From NCBI RefSeq assembly GCF_009914755.1, contig NC_060925.1: a stretch of DNA of 64,000 bases. One strand, written 5' to 3'. Both the position numbers and the translations under genes were made by a program. How positions within the stretch are numbered: the stretch's first letter is position 1; each line of letters begins with the position of its first letter. Below are positions 39,046 through 54,646 of this stretch, in pieces. The notes under the pieces are model-generated. The model was given only the letters and a program-made list of their open reading frames with translations. It did no database searches and had not been told where the DNA came from. Source of the stretch: the human T2T-CHM13v2.0 reference genome, Homo sapiens.

Positions 39046-40839
39046 TTTTTTTTTTTTTTTATTGATCATTCTTGGGTGTTTCTCACAGAGGGGGATTTGG
39101 CAGGGTCATAGGACAATAGTGGAGGGAAGGAAGGTCAGCAGATAAACAAGTGAACAAAGGTCTCTGGTTTTCCTAGGCAGAGGACCCTGCGGCCTTCCGC
39201 AGTGTTTGTGTCCCTGGGTACTTGAGATTAGGGAGTGGTGATGACTCTTAACGAGCATGCTGCCTTCAAGCAGCTGTTTAACAAAGCACATCTTGCACCG
39301 CCCTTAATCCATTTAACCCTCAGTGGACACCGCACATGCCCCAGCAAGCACAGGGCTGGGGGCAAGGTCACAGATCAACAGCATCCCAAGGCAGAAGAAC
39401 CCCTCCCAGTACAGAACAAAATGAAGTCTCCCATGTCCATTTCTTTCTACACAGACACAGCAACAATCTGATCTCTCTATCTTTTCCCCACCTTTCCCAC
39501 TTTTCTATTCCACAAAACCGCCATCGTCATCATGGCCCATTCTCAATGAGCTGTTGGGTACACCTCCCAGACGGGGTGGTGGCCGGGCAGAGGGGCTCCT
39601 CACTTCCCAGAAGGGGCAGCTGGGCAGAGGTGCCCCCCACCTCCCTCTTGGATGGGGCGGCTGGTCGGGCGGGGGCTGAACCCCCACCTCCCTCCCGGAC
39701 GGGGTGGCTGGCCGGGCGGGGGCTGAACCCCCACCTCCCTCCCGGACGGGGCGGCTGGCGGGGCGGGGGCTGAACCCCCACCTCCCTCCCAGACGGAGTG
39801 GCTGCCAGGCGGAGACGCTCCTCACTTCCCAGATGGGGCGGCTGCCGGGCGGAGGGGCTCCTCACTTCTCAGACGGGGCGGCTGCCGGGTGGAGGGGCTC
39901 CTCACTTCTCAGACGGGGTGGCTGCCGGGCGGAGGGGCTCCTCACTTCTCAGACGGGGTGGCTGCCGGGCGGAGGGGCTCCTCACTTCTCAGACAGGGTG
40001 GCTGCTGGGCGGAGACGCTCCTCACTTCCCAGATGGGGTGGCTGCCGGGCGGAGGGGCTCCTCACTTCCCAGACGGGGTGGCTGCCGGGTGGAGGGGCTC
40101 CTCACTTCTCAGACGGTGCGGCTGCCGGTTGGAGGGGCTCCTCACTTCTCAGGTGGGGCAGCTGCCGGACGGAGGGTCTCCTCACTTCTCAGACGGGGTG
40201 GCCGGGCAGAGACGCTCCTCACCTCCCAGACGGGGTCGCGGCGGGGCAGAGGCGCTCCCCACATCTCAGACGATGGGCGGCCGGGCAGAGACGCTCCTCA
40301 CTTCCTAGACGGGATGGCGGCCGGGCAGAGGGGCTCCTCACATCCCAGACGATGGGCAGCCAGGCAGAGACGCTCACTTCCCAGACGGGGTGGTGGTCGG
40401 GCTGAGGCTACAGTCTTGGCACTTTGGGAGGCCAAGGCAGGCGGCTGGGAGGTGGAGGTTGTAGCTAGCCGAGATCACGCCACTGCACTCCAGCCTGGGC
40501 AACATTGAGCACTGAGTGAACGAGACTCTGTCTGCAATCCTGGCACCTCAGGAGGCTGAGGCTGCTGGATCACTCGCGGTTAGGAGCTGGAAACCAGCCC
40601 GGCCAGCACAGCGAAACCCCGTCTCCACCAAAAAAATATGAAAACCAGTCAGGCGTGGCGGCACGCGCCTGCAATCGCAGGCACTCGGCAGGCTGAGGCA
40701 GGAGAATCAGGCAGGGAGGTTGCAGTGAGCCGAGATGGCAGCAGTACAGTCCAGTTTCGGCTCGGCATCAGAGGGAGACCGTGGAAAGAGAGGGAGAGGG
40801 AGACCGTGGGGAGAGGGAGAGGGAGAGGGAGAGCGAGAG
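39046..40839 (-). mobile_element. Full-length SVA retrotransposon (SVA_C-like)
   Basis: Poly-T 39046-39060, SINE-R ~39061-39560, GC-rich VNTR ~39560-40400, Alu-like ~40400-40785, (AGAGGG)n hexamer to ~40839; TTTCTTTCTTT on both flanks as likely TSD. Confidence 0.95.
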
Positions 40840-41520
40840 CTTTTCTTTCTTTCTTTCTTTTTCTTTCCTTCCTCCCTTCTTTCTTTCCTTTTCTTTCCTT
40901 CCTCCCTTCTTTCTTTCCTTCCTTCTTTCTTTCCCCTCTCTCTTTCCTCTCTTTCTTCTTCTCCTCTTCCTCCTCCCCCTCCTCCTCCTTCCCCTTCTCC
41001 TCCTTCTCTTTTTTTCTTCTTTCTTTCCTCTTCTTCCTTCTTCTTTCTTCTTCTTTTTTCTCCCTTCCCCCTTCCTTTTTCCCCTTCCCCCTTCCTCCTT
41101 CCTTCTCTCTCCTTTCTCCCTCTTCTCTTCCTCCTTCCCCTCCTTTCTTCTCCCTTTCTTCTCTTCCTCCTCCTCCTCATCTTCTTCTCCGCCCCCCTCC
41201 TCCTTTCTTTCTTCTCCTTCTCCTCCTCCTCTTTTTCTTTTTCTTTCTTTCCTTTCTTTCCTTTATTTCTTCCTCCTCCTCCTTCTCCTCTTCCTTTCTC
41301 CTCTTTTTTTCTTTCTTTTTCTTTCTTCCATTTGTTCTTTCTTCCTCTCTGTCTCTCTTTCTTTCTTTTGTCTTTCATTCATTTGTTCTTTCTTTCTCTC
41401 TCTTTCTTTTTTCTCTCTCTTTTTTTTTCATTTGTTGTTTTCTTTCTCCCTTCCTTCCTTCCTCTTTTCTTTCTCCCTCCTCCTCTTCATGATCCTCCTT
41501 CTCCTTCTTGTTCTTTTGGC
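40840..41520. repeat. ~680-bp polypyrimidine/polypurine tract
   Basis: No purine on the + strand from 40840 to 41178; few thereafter. Confidence 0.95.
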
Positions 41521-44500
41521 TTATTGGTAAAATCTACTGCTCCTTTCTGATTGAACCCATAGCTTTGGGTCAATGAATTACAAAGTTAGAGTTTCAGTAG
41601 GATTTTTGAAGTAACTACCTCCTCACCTTAACCGAAACTAGACTTTTCCTGAATGATACTACTTTTCAGCAGTTCCAAGTACAGGTTACACATTCTCCCT
41701 CTGTTGTGTTGTGGCTAGAGGTGCGTTGAACATGATTTTGTTGCTCACCACTGTGGCTTCTTTCAATAAACACTCCTTCATTGATGCACATACATTCCAC
41801 CCTCTTTCCATCCTTACTTTTTCCTTGACTGATCTCCTTCCCCTATAACCACATAATCTTCAGTGAAGACTTTGGCAACTGTCTATTTCTTTCCACCCTA
41901 GCTATTATAATCATTCTGGAAAACTTCAACAGTCATGTTGGTGATGCATCTGGATCCATCATTTCTTACACTCTATTGATCTCTACCTCCACTCTACCTC
42001 AGCCAGCTATTCAAATGACCACCCCCTGGACCTTGTCATCAACCATAACTGCTCCACCTCTGAAGCTGTGAACCCTGAAATGTCACTCATTGATCACACA
42101 GAATGGCCTTTTAGCTCTCCTACTCTTAAGTTCCCACTAAGCCTGTTCTTAAAAAATAGTCTTTTTATTTTTATCTTGAGTAATTGCATGGCTACAATCT
42201 AGAGCTGACAGTAGTAAACTTTTTGTTGTATTTGCTTCAGGTCTTATTAAAATGAATAAAACATTGCAGGTAAATTTAAGTCTCCTGTGTTTCTCACCCC
42301 CAAGTTCTAATCTTTTTTTTTTCTTATCAGAAGTACCACCAAAATTAATTTGGTAAATATGTGTGATGTATGTGTATAAATATATGTGTATATATATGTA
42401 TAAAATATGTAACTACATTTTAAAATTTATGTAATGTAGTGTACATATTAATAGTTTGCAACTTGATTTTCACTCAAAGTTATTATGTTTTTAAAATCTA
42501 TGTGTATATATAATAGTTGTTTTCTTCTAGGTGCACTGTAGCTTTCCAATATAAGAATATAGTATACTTTATCCGTTTTCCAAATTCACTATTACAAACA
42601 ATGCTGTATTAAACACCCTTGTAAATGTCTTCCCAAACAAAATAGGTCAGTGTAGTGCCATGGCTAAGGTAGCACCACAGCTAGACTATATGGCACCTTT
42701 GTGTGAATAAGAAAGAGTTCCTCTTTTTATGGACCTAGTCCTCTGAGCTCACAGCTTGGCAAATAGAAAGTGCCTGGGGCAAAGATAAAAGTACTGAGAT
42801 GGATGTAGCTTTTAACTAGGTATGCATGGATTATTAACTGGGACATGGATTGGATTTCTGTGCCAACTTGCTTCCTCTTGGCACCACTGGGACAGTGAAT
42901 GAATTGCATAGCCACATGTGGTGCCCTGGGTTAAGAACAAAAACTTTAGAGTCTCATTGCTTGGTTTCAGTAGCAGCTATGTGACCATAGCAAATTACTT
43001 AACCTCTGTGCCTCATCAGTAAAATGGTGATCTGGAATGGTCTATCTCCTAGGGTAATTGAGAGAGTTATACATAGTAGTGCTTAGTGCATAGTATGTTT
43101 TATATAACTATTAGATATTATTATCACAAATATAGATAAACCTTGGAGATATTGCAGGTTCAGTTCCAGACTACTGCATTAGAGAGAATATTGCAATAAA
43201 GTGAGTTACATGAATTGTTTGGTTTCCCAGTGTGTATAAATGTGTGTTTACACTGTAGAGTAGTCTCTATTGAGTGTTCAATAGCATTATGTCTAAAAAA
43301 GTATACATTCCTTCATTGAAAATACTTCAATGCTAAAAAATGCTAATGAACCTTCAGCAAGTTGTAATCTTTTTGCTGGTGAAGGGTCTTGCCTTGATGT
43401 TGATGGCTGCTGGCTGATGAGGGTGGTGGTTGCTGAAGGTTAGGGTGGCTGTGGCAATTTCTTAAAGGAAGACAACAGTGAAGGTTCCTGTGTTGACTGA
43501 CTCTTCCTTTCACGAGAGATTTCTCTCTAACATGCAGTGCTGTTTGATACAGTTTTACCCACAGTATAATTTCTTTCAAAATTGGTCAATCCTCTCAAAC
43601 CCTGCCACTGCTTTATCAACTAAGTTTATGGAATATCATAACAGTGTTCATAGCATCTTCACCAGGTGTAGATTCCATCTCAAGAAATCACTTTCTTTGC
43701 TCATTCATAACCAACTTCTCATCTGTTTAAGTTTTATCATGAGATTGTAACAATTAAGTCTTTAGGCTCTACTTTTTAAAAAAAAATTTTTAATCAATTT
43801 GTTTTTATTGTTTTTTATTTGACTTTTAAGTTCTGGGGTATGTGTCCATGATGTGCAGTTTGTTACCTAGGTAAATATGTCAGGCTTTACTTCTAATTCT
43901 AGTTCTCTTGCTATTTCCACCACATCTGCAGTTACTTCTTCCACTGAAGTCTTGAATCTCTCAAAGTAATCTATTAGGGTTAGAATCAGCTTCTTTCAGA
44001 CCCCTGTTAATATTGATATTTTGACTTCTCTGTGAATCGTGGATGTTCTTAATGACTTCTAGAATGGATAATCCTTTCCAGAAGATTTTCAATTTTCCTT
44101 ACTCAGATCCATCAGAGGAATCACTATTTATGGCAGCTGTAATCTTCCAAAATGTATTTCTTAAATAAGAAGACTTGAAAATTGAAATCACTCCTTGATC
44201 CATGGGCTGCAGAATGGATGTTGTGTTAGCAGGCACAGGAAAAACATCGTTGTACATTTTTATCCGAGCTGTTGGATGACCAGGTGCATTGTCAATGAGC
44301 AGTAATATTTTGAAAGGAATCTCTTTTTTCTGAGTAGTAGGTCTCAACAGTGGGCTTAAATAGTTAGTAAACCATGCTGTAAACAGATGTGCCATCATCC
44401 AGGCTTTGCTGTTCCATTTATACAGCACAGAGTAGATTTAGCATGATTCTTAAGGGCCCTAGGATTTTCAGAATGGTAAATGAGCATCGGCTTCAACTTA

Positions 44501-45091
44501 AAGTCACCAACTGCATTAGTCCCTTACAAGAGAGTCAGCCTGTCCTTTGAAGCTTTGAAGCCAGAGAATTGACATCTCTGTAGCTATAAAAGTCTTAGGT
44601 GACATCTTCCTCTGATAGAATGCTGTGTTATCTACATTGAAAATCTGTTGTTTAGTGTAGCCACCTTCATCAATTATCTTAGCTAGATCTACTGGATAAC
44701 TTGCTGCAGCTTCTCCATCAGCATGTGCTGCTTCACCCTGCACTTTTATATTCTGGAGATGGCTTATTTCCTTAAACCTCATGAACCAACCTCCGCTAGC
44801 TTCAAACGTTTCTTCTGTAACTTCCTTACCTCTCTCAGCTTTCATAGAATTGAAGAGAGTTAGGGCCTTACTCTAGATTAGGCTTTGGTTTAAGATAATG
44901 GTGTGGCAGGTTTGATCTATCTAGATCACTAAAACTTTCTCCAAGTCAGTGGTAAAGCTGTTTTGCTTTCTTATCATTCATGTGTTCACAGGAGTAGCAC
45001 TTTTAATTTTCTTTAAGAATTTTTCATTTGCATTCACAAACTTGGCTAACTGGCACAAAAGGCCTAGCTTTTGGCCTCTCTCTGCTTTTGA

Positions 45092-45425
<334 letters not shown>

Positions 45426-45456
45426 TCTTATTTTTTATTTAAAGTGAGAGACATGT

Positions 45457-45946
<490 letters not shown>

Positions 45947-47344
45947 TTATCGATTAAACTCTCTGTTTCATATAGGAAAGGTTTGTGGTGCCCTCAACAA
46001 TTACAAGTGTAACAGCAAAGATCACTTATTACAGATCACCATAGCAGATATAATAATAGTGAAAAAGTTTGAAATATTGTGAGAATTACCACAATGTGAC
46101 ACAGAAACATGAAGGGAGCACATGCTGTTGGAAAAATGGTGCCGATGGACTTGCCAGACAGGGTTGCCTCAAACCTTCAATTTGTACAACACACAGTCTG
46201 TGAAGCACAATAAAGTGGAGCACAATAAAATGAAGTATGTCTGCATGCAAACTCCTCTGAGGTATACGAGTAGGAGTAGAACTGCTGGTAGACAGGGTAT
46301 GCACATTTCAAAGAAATCTGTTCCTTATCCTGTCTCTATTTTTTCAGTCTGCCAGTCCCCTTCCTGCCTTCTTTCATATCTATCTAGGATTCCATCATCA
46401 CACTTTTGAAATTGTGGGCCTCAATCATGTTATAATGCATTGTGATTGTTGTCAGCAATTGGTAAGCATCTCAAAAAAGAACAAACCAAGTCACCCAGAT
46501 CACTCCCCCAAAGTGGGCAGAAGAGAAAAGGATTGGGTTAAAGGTTGCAATAACAGTGACCCCCTCCTGCCAGGCATGATGAATCTTCCTATCTAGACAA
46601 ACTTGCTTTAATCTCCTTTTGTTTCCCACTCTACTTCCTTTGAAAGATGTCAGAGATAATGATGGTGAGTGGGCTAAATTCACTTTCTTCCTCTCACTTC
46701 CTTCTCCACTTGGCTCTTAGCTTCACCTCCACTACTCCCCATGCACACATGCCTTCAGATATAATATTTACAGCTACTTATTGCCTTTTATTTGCTGTGC
46801 TCTCACTGCTAATTATCCTACATTATGTTTCATTCTCTTTGGTTTTGTTGCCAAGAAATATCCCTATATCCTTACTCCCTGCCATCCCTTGCTCTTAGAA
46901 ATCTGGTTTTCCTTTAATGATGCTGTTTTCCTTTTTCTGTGAAGTGGAGCCTGGCTGTTCTGGTGAAGTCACTGTGGGCTAGTAGATTGAGAATGAGTTC
47001 ATAGTCACACTTGAGTTCAAATCTGAACTACATCATAGGTGAGCTGTGTGTCCTTGGATTTACAACCTCAATTTGCATACTGAGGAGAAGTTTAAGGATC
47101 TCTGCATCAAAGAGTTATTGTGAAGGTAAAAAAGGGGTAAGTAATGAGACATTGGTACATAGCTCCTAGTATATTCCATATTGTTAGTTTTATTTTACCT
47201 GAAAAGTTGCTACTGCTAACAAGGCCCATCTTTCCTACAATAATGGAGTCGAGAGTGTAAGGTCTTGCCTAGGGGAAATTTGGCTATAAAATTATCCGTC
47301 CCTTCACACACATATAGTTTGGGCCAAGGAGGGGGCCTGTAAGG

Positions 47345-47689
47345 GAGCAATTCCCAACCTTTTTGGCAGCAGGGACTGGTTTCATGGAAGTCAACTATTC
47401 CATGGATGGGAGAACAGTGGGGGTGGGATGGTTTAGGGATGAAACTGTTTCATCTTGGATTATCAGGCATTAGATTCTCATAAGGCACATGCAACCTAGA
47501 TCCCTCCTGGTGTAGTTCACAATAGGGTTCGTGTTCCTATGAGAATCTAATGCAGCTGCTGATCTGACAGGAGGCGAAGTTCAGGCAGTAATGCACGGTG
47601 GGCTGCCACTCACCTACTGCTGTGTGGCCTGGTTACTAACAGGCCACAGACTAGTACTAGTCTGTAGCCCAGGGGTTGGGGACCCCTGC
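47345..47689. mobile_element. MER1B (hAT-Charlie) MITE
   Basis: cccaacctttttggcagcagggactggtttcatggaag ... ggggttggggacccctg. Confidence 0.85.
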
Positions 47690-50600
47690 TGTAAGGGTTT
47701 CTGGTTTTTCCTCCCATACCTATAACCTTCTCTACAGACCATTATGTGTCCTTGGACCCTTCATTTTTCCTTGTACCTGCCCTGCCAGTCTCAAACCTGG
47801 GATTAACCTAATTCCATTTTTTTTTTTTTTGGCTTCTTCTGCCAGGCTGTTAAGATGGCAAATATCACATACATGGTGCCTTAGCTTATTTCTACACATT
47901 TATTATATTAACCTTGCCCACACTCTGAATATTGCCTGGCAGTCCCTTTCATCATACCTAGGCGGTTTCTTTTACCAGACCCCTCAGCTGGAATTTTCAG
48001 ACCTTTCCCTTTTCAGATCTTTCTAAGCCTCCTGCTTCACTCCCTCCCCATCTTCCTTTTAGTAGATCACTTTACTTCCTTCTTTGTTAAGATTGGGAAG
48101 TGATTCAAAAAGAATGAGGAGTCAGGCTACCAAGATTACAGTTAGTCTATTCATGTGGATGAAAAAATTTCCTCCATATCATTATCATACTTGTAGGTGT
48201 CAGTGTTGCAAAAGTCAGGGATGAAGTTGTTTACATTAGAGAGTTAGCAATTTATAGGAAAGGGCTCAAGGCTTCATTGATTTGGAAGACTAGGTAGAAT
48301 CTTCTTCCTCATTTTTAGCTTATCTCAGGGTTGTAAAGATTTTTGTTTTTCCTCTCCAATGGTGCGACTTTATATGCTTATTCATAATGGTGGTTGGGCA
48401 AGGAGTCAGTTTTGTTGTCTCCATAGGGGCCAACGGATGTGAATTCTCCTAACTTTGTTTCTAAAAGGAATCAACTAGGTCATGGACCACTAACATACAG
48501 ATTCCTGGGTCCCATCTACTAGAAATTTGGATTTAGTTGATCTGGGATAGAGGCCATCAGTTTGCTTTTTAAATAATTACCATAGGTGATTCTGATGCAG
48601 CTCATCCTAGGAACCTCTTTTAAAAACATGAAGGTAATTGTATTTTTGCTGAATTTTAATCTCCTTTTTGTTTCAAGAGTATATGAGGTATTCTTTTCCT
48701 TTCCAAGACTGATTTCTCTATGTGTATATTTGATTCCATTTCTGTCATTCCTTCTAGGTCCTTGATCCAACAACGATTCCTTTCTCTGTATCAACAGATT
48801 CTTACTTTCTATAAATCACCTTCCACTTGACTTAGAACTGTTATTCACATTCAGTAAATTTTTATTGCATGCTGCCTGTGTTTCCAGCATATATTTTAAT
48901 TTCTTCCTTTATAAAGGATTTTTCTTTCTTCCTTGCCTACTCTCTTATTTCCTCTTTACTACAAACTTTTTAAAGAATCTTTTCACACTGATATTTAATA
49001 AGAATTATAACAACAAGTAGTAATAAAGATAGCCACTAATATTTATTAGATGATTACTGTGGACCAGACACTTTTCTAAGTACACTATATATATTAACTA
49101 TGTAGCAGAGAGTTCACAAATTAATTAAAAATATATATATTAGGATCTGTTTCTGGGCTATTTATTGTTATATTGATCTGTATTATCTACTCTTCTGCCA
49201 ATATGCTATCTGGCAGAAGAGTATTTATAATAACTTTATAAAATGCATTTTATCTTCCATTACTTAGTGAAATTCCCTCTCTTTGGGTTCTAGAACACCA
49301 TTTTCTCTGCCTCTCCTCCAACTTTGATTCATCTTTATCAGTGTCCTTCACTGACCTTTCTTCTCCGCCTCCTTCATGTGATTCTATTTAAAGCCCTTTA
49401 CAGCCTGCCTCCAACTTGCTTTTCCAGCTGCAGTTCCTGATACTGGTTTTTCTACATGCTTCAGCCAAAGACATATACTCTTTGATCCCTGAGAACACTA
49501 TTTCCTCAGTGTCTTTGCACATGGAGTTCACTTCTCTGCTTGTGAAGTCTATGAATATTGCATGGCTGATTTGTCACAATTTTAAGTCTTCAACATCTGG
49601 AGTGTTCTGGCAAGAATTTGTAGGTAAGGACAAACCAAGGTGGGTGGTGATGCTAAGGAACCCTTTGTTTCTAGGGTAGAGCACACAGAGTCAGGGAGTC
49701 TGAGAGAACAGGAGGGGTAGAGGAAGAGGGCTGAGACAGGCTATTGAAGGAATTGGGTATCAGATACTTATCTTTCAAAAGATACCAGACTGTGTGTGAT
49801 TGTTTATTATTAGTCCCTGGTGACCTACAAAGTAAGGCATGCATTAAGGAGGTCAAGTCAGAAAATGCCACCCTCTGGAATTGAAACTAATGAGAACTGT
49901 TAAATGTGATGAAATAAATAAAATGTGAAGAGATGAGTTATCTGCAGCAGGAGTCCACCCTTGGAAATTAAGTGCTGCTAATGAGCAGGGTGTTCCTCAA
50001 GTCTCTCTCAAGACATTAAGTTTGGTTGCATTGAAGCAGGAAAGGGGGAGTCTGAGGATGAGTACTAGTTGGTGTGTCTCCAGCAGTGTCCAGAAGAGTG
50101 GATTGCACCAGTCCTAGTTGTTTGACTGTAGTTGTTTAGAGAAAAATATTACTGAAGCACAAGACAGTGTTATGTTAGCAAACACATATGTTTTGGAGTT
50201 AGACAGATTTAGGTATAAAACCTGACTTTACTAATATAATATACTTGACCTTTTAAAGTCTCAGTTTGCTCTTCAGTAAAATAACATTTATAACCACAGG
50301 GTTGCTATGAGAATGAAATTAAACAATAAATAAATATATGTCAAGTATATAGCACATAATGTAATGTTCCCAGTTCATAAGATGTTCAATAACAATGCTG
50401 CTTTTGTATTTTTCTATCCCTTTTAGGAAAAATTTTTGAATCATCAGATTACCATAGCACAACCTTGGAGAATAAAACTCTTTTGCTCTGAAGCTCATCT
50501 AATAACCTGATATCTCTCAAATGAATCTATCCAATGACAGGGAATACCCCATGTTAAACAGCTGATTCTTGTTCTGAATACGTTTATTATCTTGTAGTTA

Positions 50601-51214
50601 GTAAATAAATCAATTGGACCCTTAAGACTTTGCTTAGAGTGAATCTGTCTCCCAGAGCTTGATCACATTTGAATGTACAGACAAAAACTAACAAAAGTGA
50701 GATCCATCTGGGGATGAGGTATTGGGATTCTGTAAGATCCTGCCTGAAACAGCCCACCTCTTTCTCTTTTCTTATTTTAGCTGTAACATTATGGTTCTTA
50801 AGTTTCTAGAGTCATAACAAGGAAAAGAGAAACATTGTGAAAAACTTGGCTTAACTATATAACTAAGCATTTATTGGGAATTTCTTTGCTTTCTCTTATT
50901 AGAAAAATTTTCTTGCCCCTTACCCCTTGGAAGGCAAAGAATAAGGTTGGGGTGTTGCCCAGAAAAAGGGTCAGGGTTTGGTTCTCATTCTTATATACCC
51001 AGAAATGCACTCATATCAGTGCCCCAGAGTTGATCAGACTCAGGAAAACTGTTTCATTGTAACTGAACTCATCAGGGACTGAAGTATAAAAACCAGAGTG
51101 CCATTTTATTAATTTACAGTCAGAAATGCATTATCAGAAACACTGGGTATTTATATTAATCTTGCTGATGAATGCTTTCTCCTTTTGGGAAAATTATGGA
51201 AAGCCAAATTTTCT

Positions 51215-52335
<1,121 letters not shown>

Positions 52336-52479
52336 TCATTAGGCACTCATGTGGTGAGACATTTATTTAAAAGACTAGGACATGCTGGACCAGATACACC
52401 AGTGGACTAGCTTGTCAGAACACTCTCCCTTGAGCAGTCCTTGATGGGCATTCTAACATTGTTCTTTGTGTTCTCCTTT

Positions 52480-54640
52480 TTCTTACAAAATAATTTAAGA
52501 TTTACAAGTAAGTGTAGATTTACAAGTCAGTGAATGATATAATGAATACCATCTTCTTAAGAAAACTTTTGGTATTGTTTACTCGATCTCAGTTCCATTT
52601 TCTTCCATCCTTCCAGAGGTACACACTGTTTTGAATTTGCTGTTTATCATTCCCATAAAGATTTTTACATTTACCAAATATGTATTAACCACAAACAATA
52701 TATGGTATTGTTATGTATATTGTAAACCTATATAAATGGTATCACACCATGTATACTTGTTTTACAACCTTTTCACTTGGCATTACACTTTTGGAATTTG
52801 TCCATGTTGATATATACGTACCTGTAGCTCATGAATTTTAACTGCTATATAGCATTTTAGTGTGTGGGTATATTACAATTTATCCATTCTTCTATTGAAC
52901 TTTTAGGTTGTTTGTAACATTTTGCTGTTACAGACTTGTCTGTGGTTGCCAGATTTCCTCTTAATTAGGTATCAGTTCAGACTCCTGCTGCTCAGTATCC
53001 TCCCGACACTGGATATTGCCAGACTTTAGTTTTTTTCTGATCCGATGGGTATGAAATGAATTTCATTGTGTTTTAATTATCTATTTCCCTGAGCATTGTT
53101 TTAAAAATGTCACTTTGCCATTCAGATTACCTTTGGTGAATTTTCTTTTTATAAGTTTTGCTGTTTCTTTTTAATTTTTAATTTTTATAAATTTTGGTGA
53201 ATTTTCTAAGTTTTGCTGTTTTTTAAATTTTTAATTTTTATAAGTTATTTACATAATCCGGCTATTGATCATCTGTTGTTTATAGGCATTTCAAAAATGT
53301 TCTTGGACTCTGTGGTTTGTCCTTTTTACTTTTTGAGATTGTCTTTGGATTTACAGACATTTGTAATTTAATTATAGTAAAAGTCATGAGTCTTTCCTTG
53401 GTGGTTTGTATATTTCTTGTTTAAAGAATCTGCACTTATTTCAAAGTCATAAAGATATTCTCCTATATTTTCTTTAAAAATTTTTAAAAGTTTGGCTTAT
53501 CACAGTTAGGTTTTTATTTACTTGGAAGTGATTTTTGTAAATGGTGTGAAATAGAGATAATTTTTTTCCTATGGAAAATTTATTACCTTGGCACCATTTA
53601 TTGAAAGAGTTGCCTCTCTCCACTGATAAGCAAAACCACTGCTCTTGTATATCAAGTATGCATGGATCTGTTTCTGGAGTCACATTGCTCTGTATATCTG
53701 TTCCTACAACAATACTGCACTGTTTTAAATCATATAACTTTGTAATATATTTTGATATCTGATGAGATGAAACTCCTCCCCTTCTGTATCTTGGTGGCTC
53801 ACATAATGCCAGCACTTTGGGAGGCCGAGGCGGGCAGATCACCTGAGGTCAGGAGTTCGAGACCAGCCTGGCCAACATGGTGAAACCCTGCCTACTAAAA
53901 ATACAAACATTAGCTGGATGTGGTGCTGCCTGCCTGTAATCCCAGGAGACTGAGGCAGGGGAATCACTTGCACCCACGAGATGGAGGTTGCAGTGAGCCG
54001 ATATTGTGCCACTGTACTCCAGCCTGGGCAACAGAGTGAGACTGTCTCAAAACAAAAAACAAAAAACAAAAAACAAAAAAAATTCGTGTGTCAAGTTGCA
54101 CAGAAAGCCTTTAAACAATCAACTTTATTGAGATATAATTTCCACATAATATGTACGATTATGTAAGTTTTGACAAAAGTATATATATATGTAACTACCA
54201 TTATAATCTACATATAGATTTATTCCATCACCCTAGAGTGTTCCTTTGTGACTCTTCCAGACAGTTCACAAGTTCTACTCCCAGCCCTAGTCAACCACTG
54301 ATCTACTTTCTATTTTTATAGATTAGGTTTGTTTTAGTAAGTTTCATATAGATGGAATCATAAATATGTACTCTTTTGTGGATGGCTTCTTTTGATCAAC
54401 ATGTTTTTGAGATTCATCTGTGTTACATGTATCAGTAGTTTATTCTTTTTTTCCTTGCTAAATAGAATTCCATTGTATAGCCATACCACAATTTGTTTAT
54501 CCAGTCATCTGTTCGTGGACATTTGGATTGTTTCAAGTTTGGGGCTATTATTAAAGCTGCTATAGACATTCATGTAAAAATCTTCAATGTAGACATACGT
54601 TGTCATTTCGCTTGGGAGTGGAATTGCTAGGCCCTATAGT
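52480..54640 (-). mobile_element. Old L1M fragments
   Basis: gcaccatttattgaaaag, ctttattgagatataatt and gatggaatcataaatatgtactctttt L1M motifs. Confidence 0.7.
53792..54082 (+). mobile_element. AluS-type SINE
   Basis: gcactttgggaggccgaggcgggcagatcacctgaggtcagg...A-rich tail. Confidence 0.9.
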
Positions 54641-54646
54641 AAAGTA

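Noticed and set aside
39336-41550. Many 100-284-aa ORFs
   Set aside because: Products of the stop-poor SVA VNTR and the C/T tract
44099-44845. Domesticated TIGD-like gene
   Set aside because: Frameshifted fragments within a TIR-bounded Tigger1 copy
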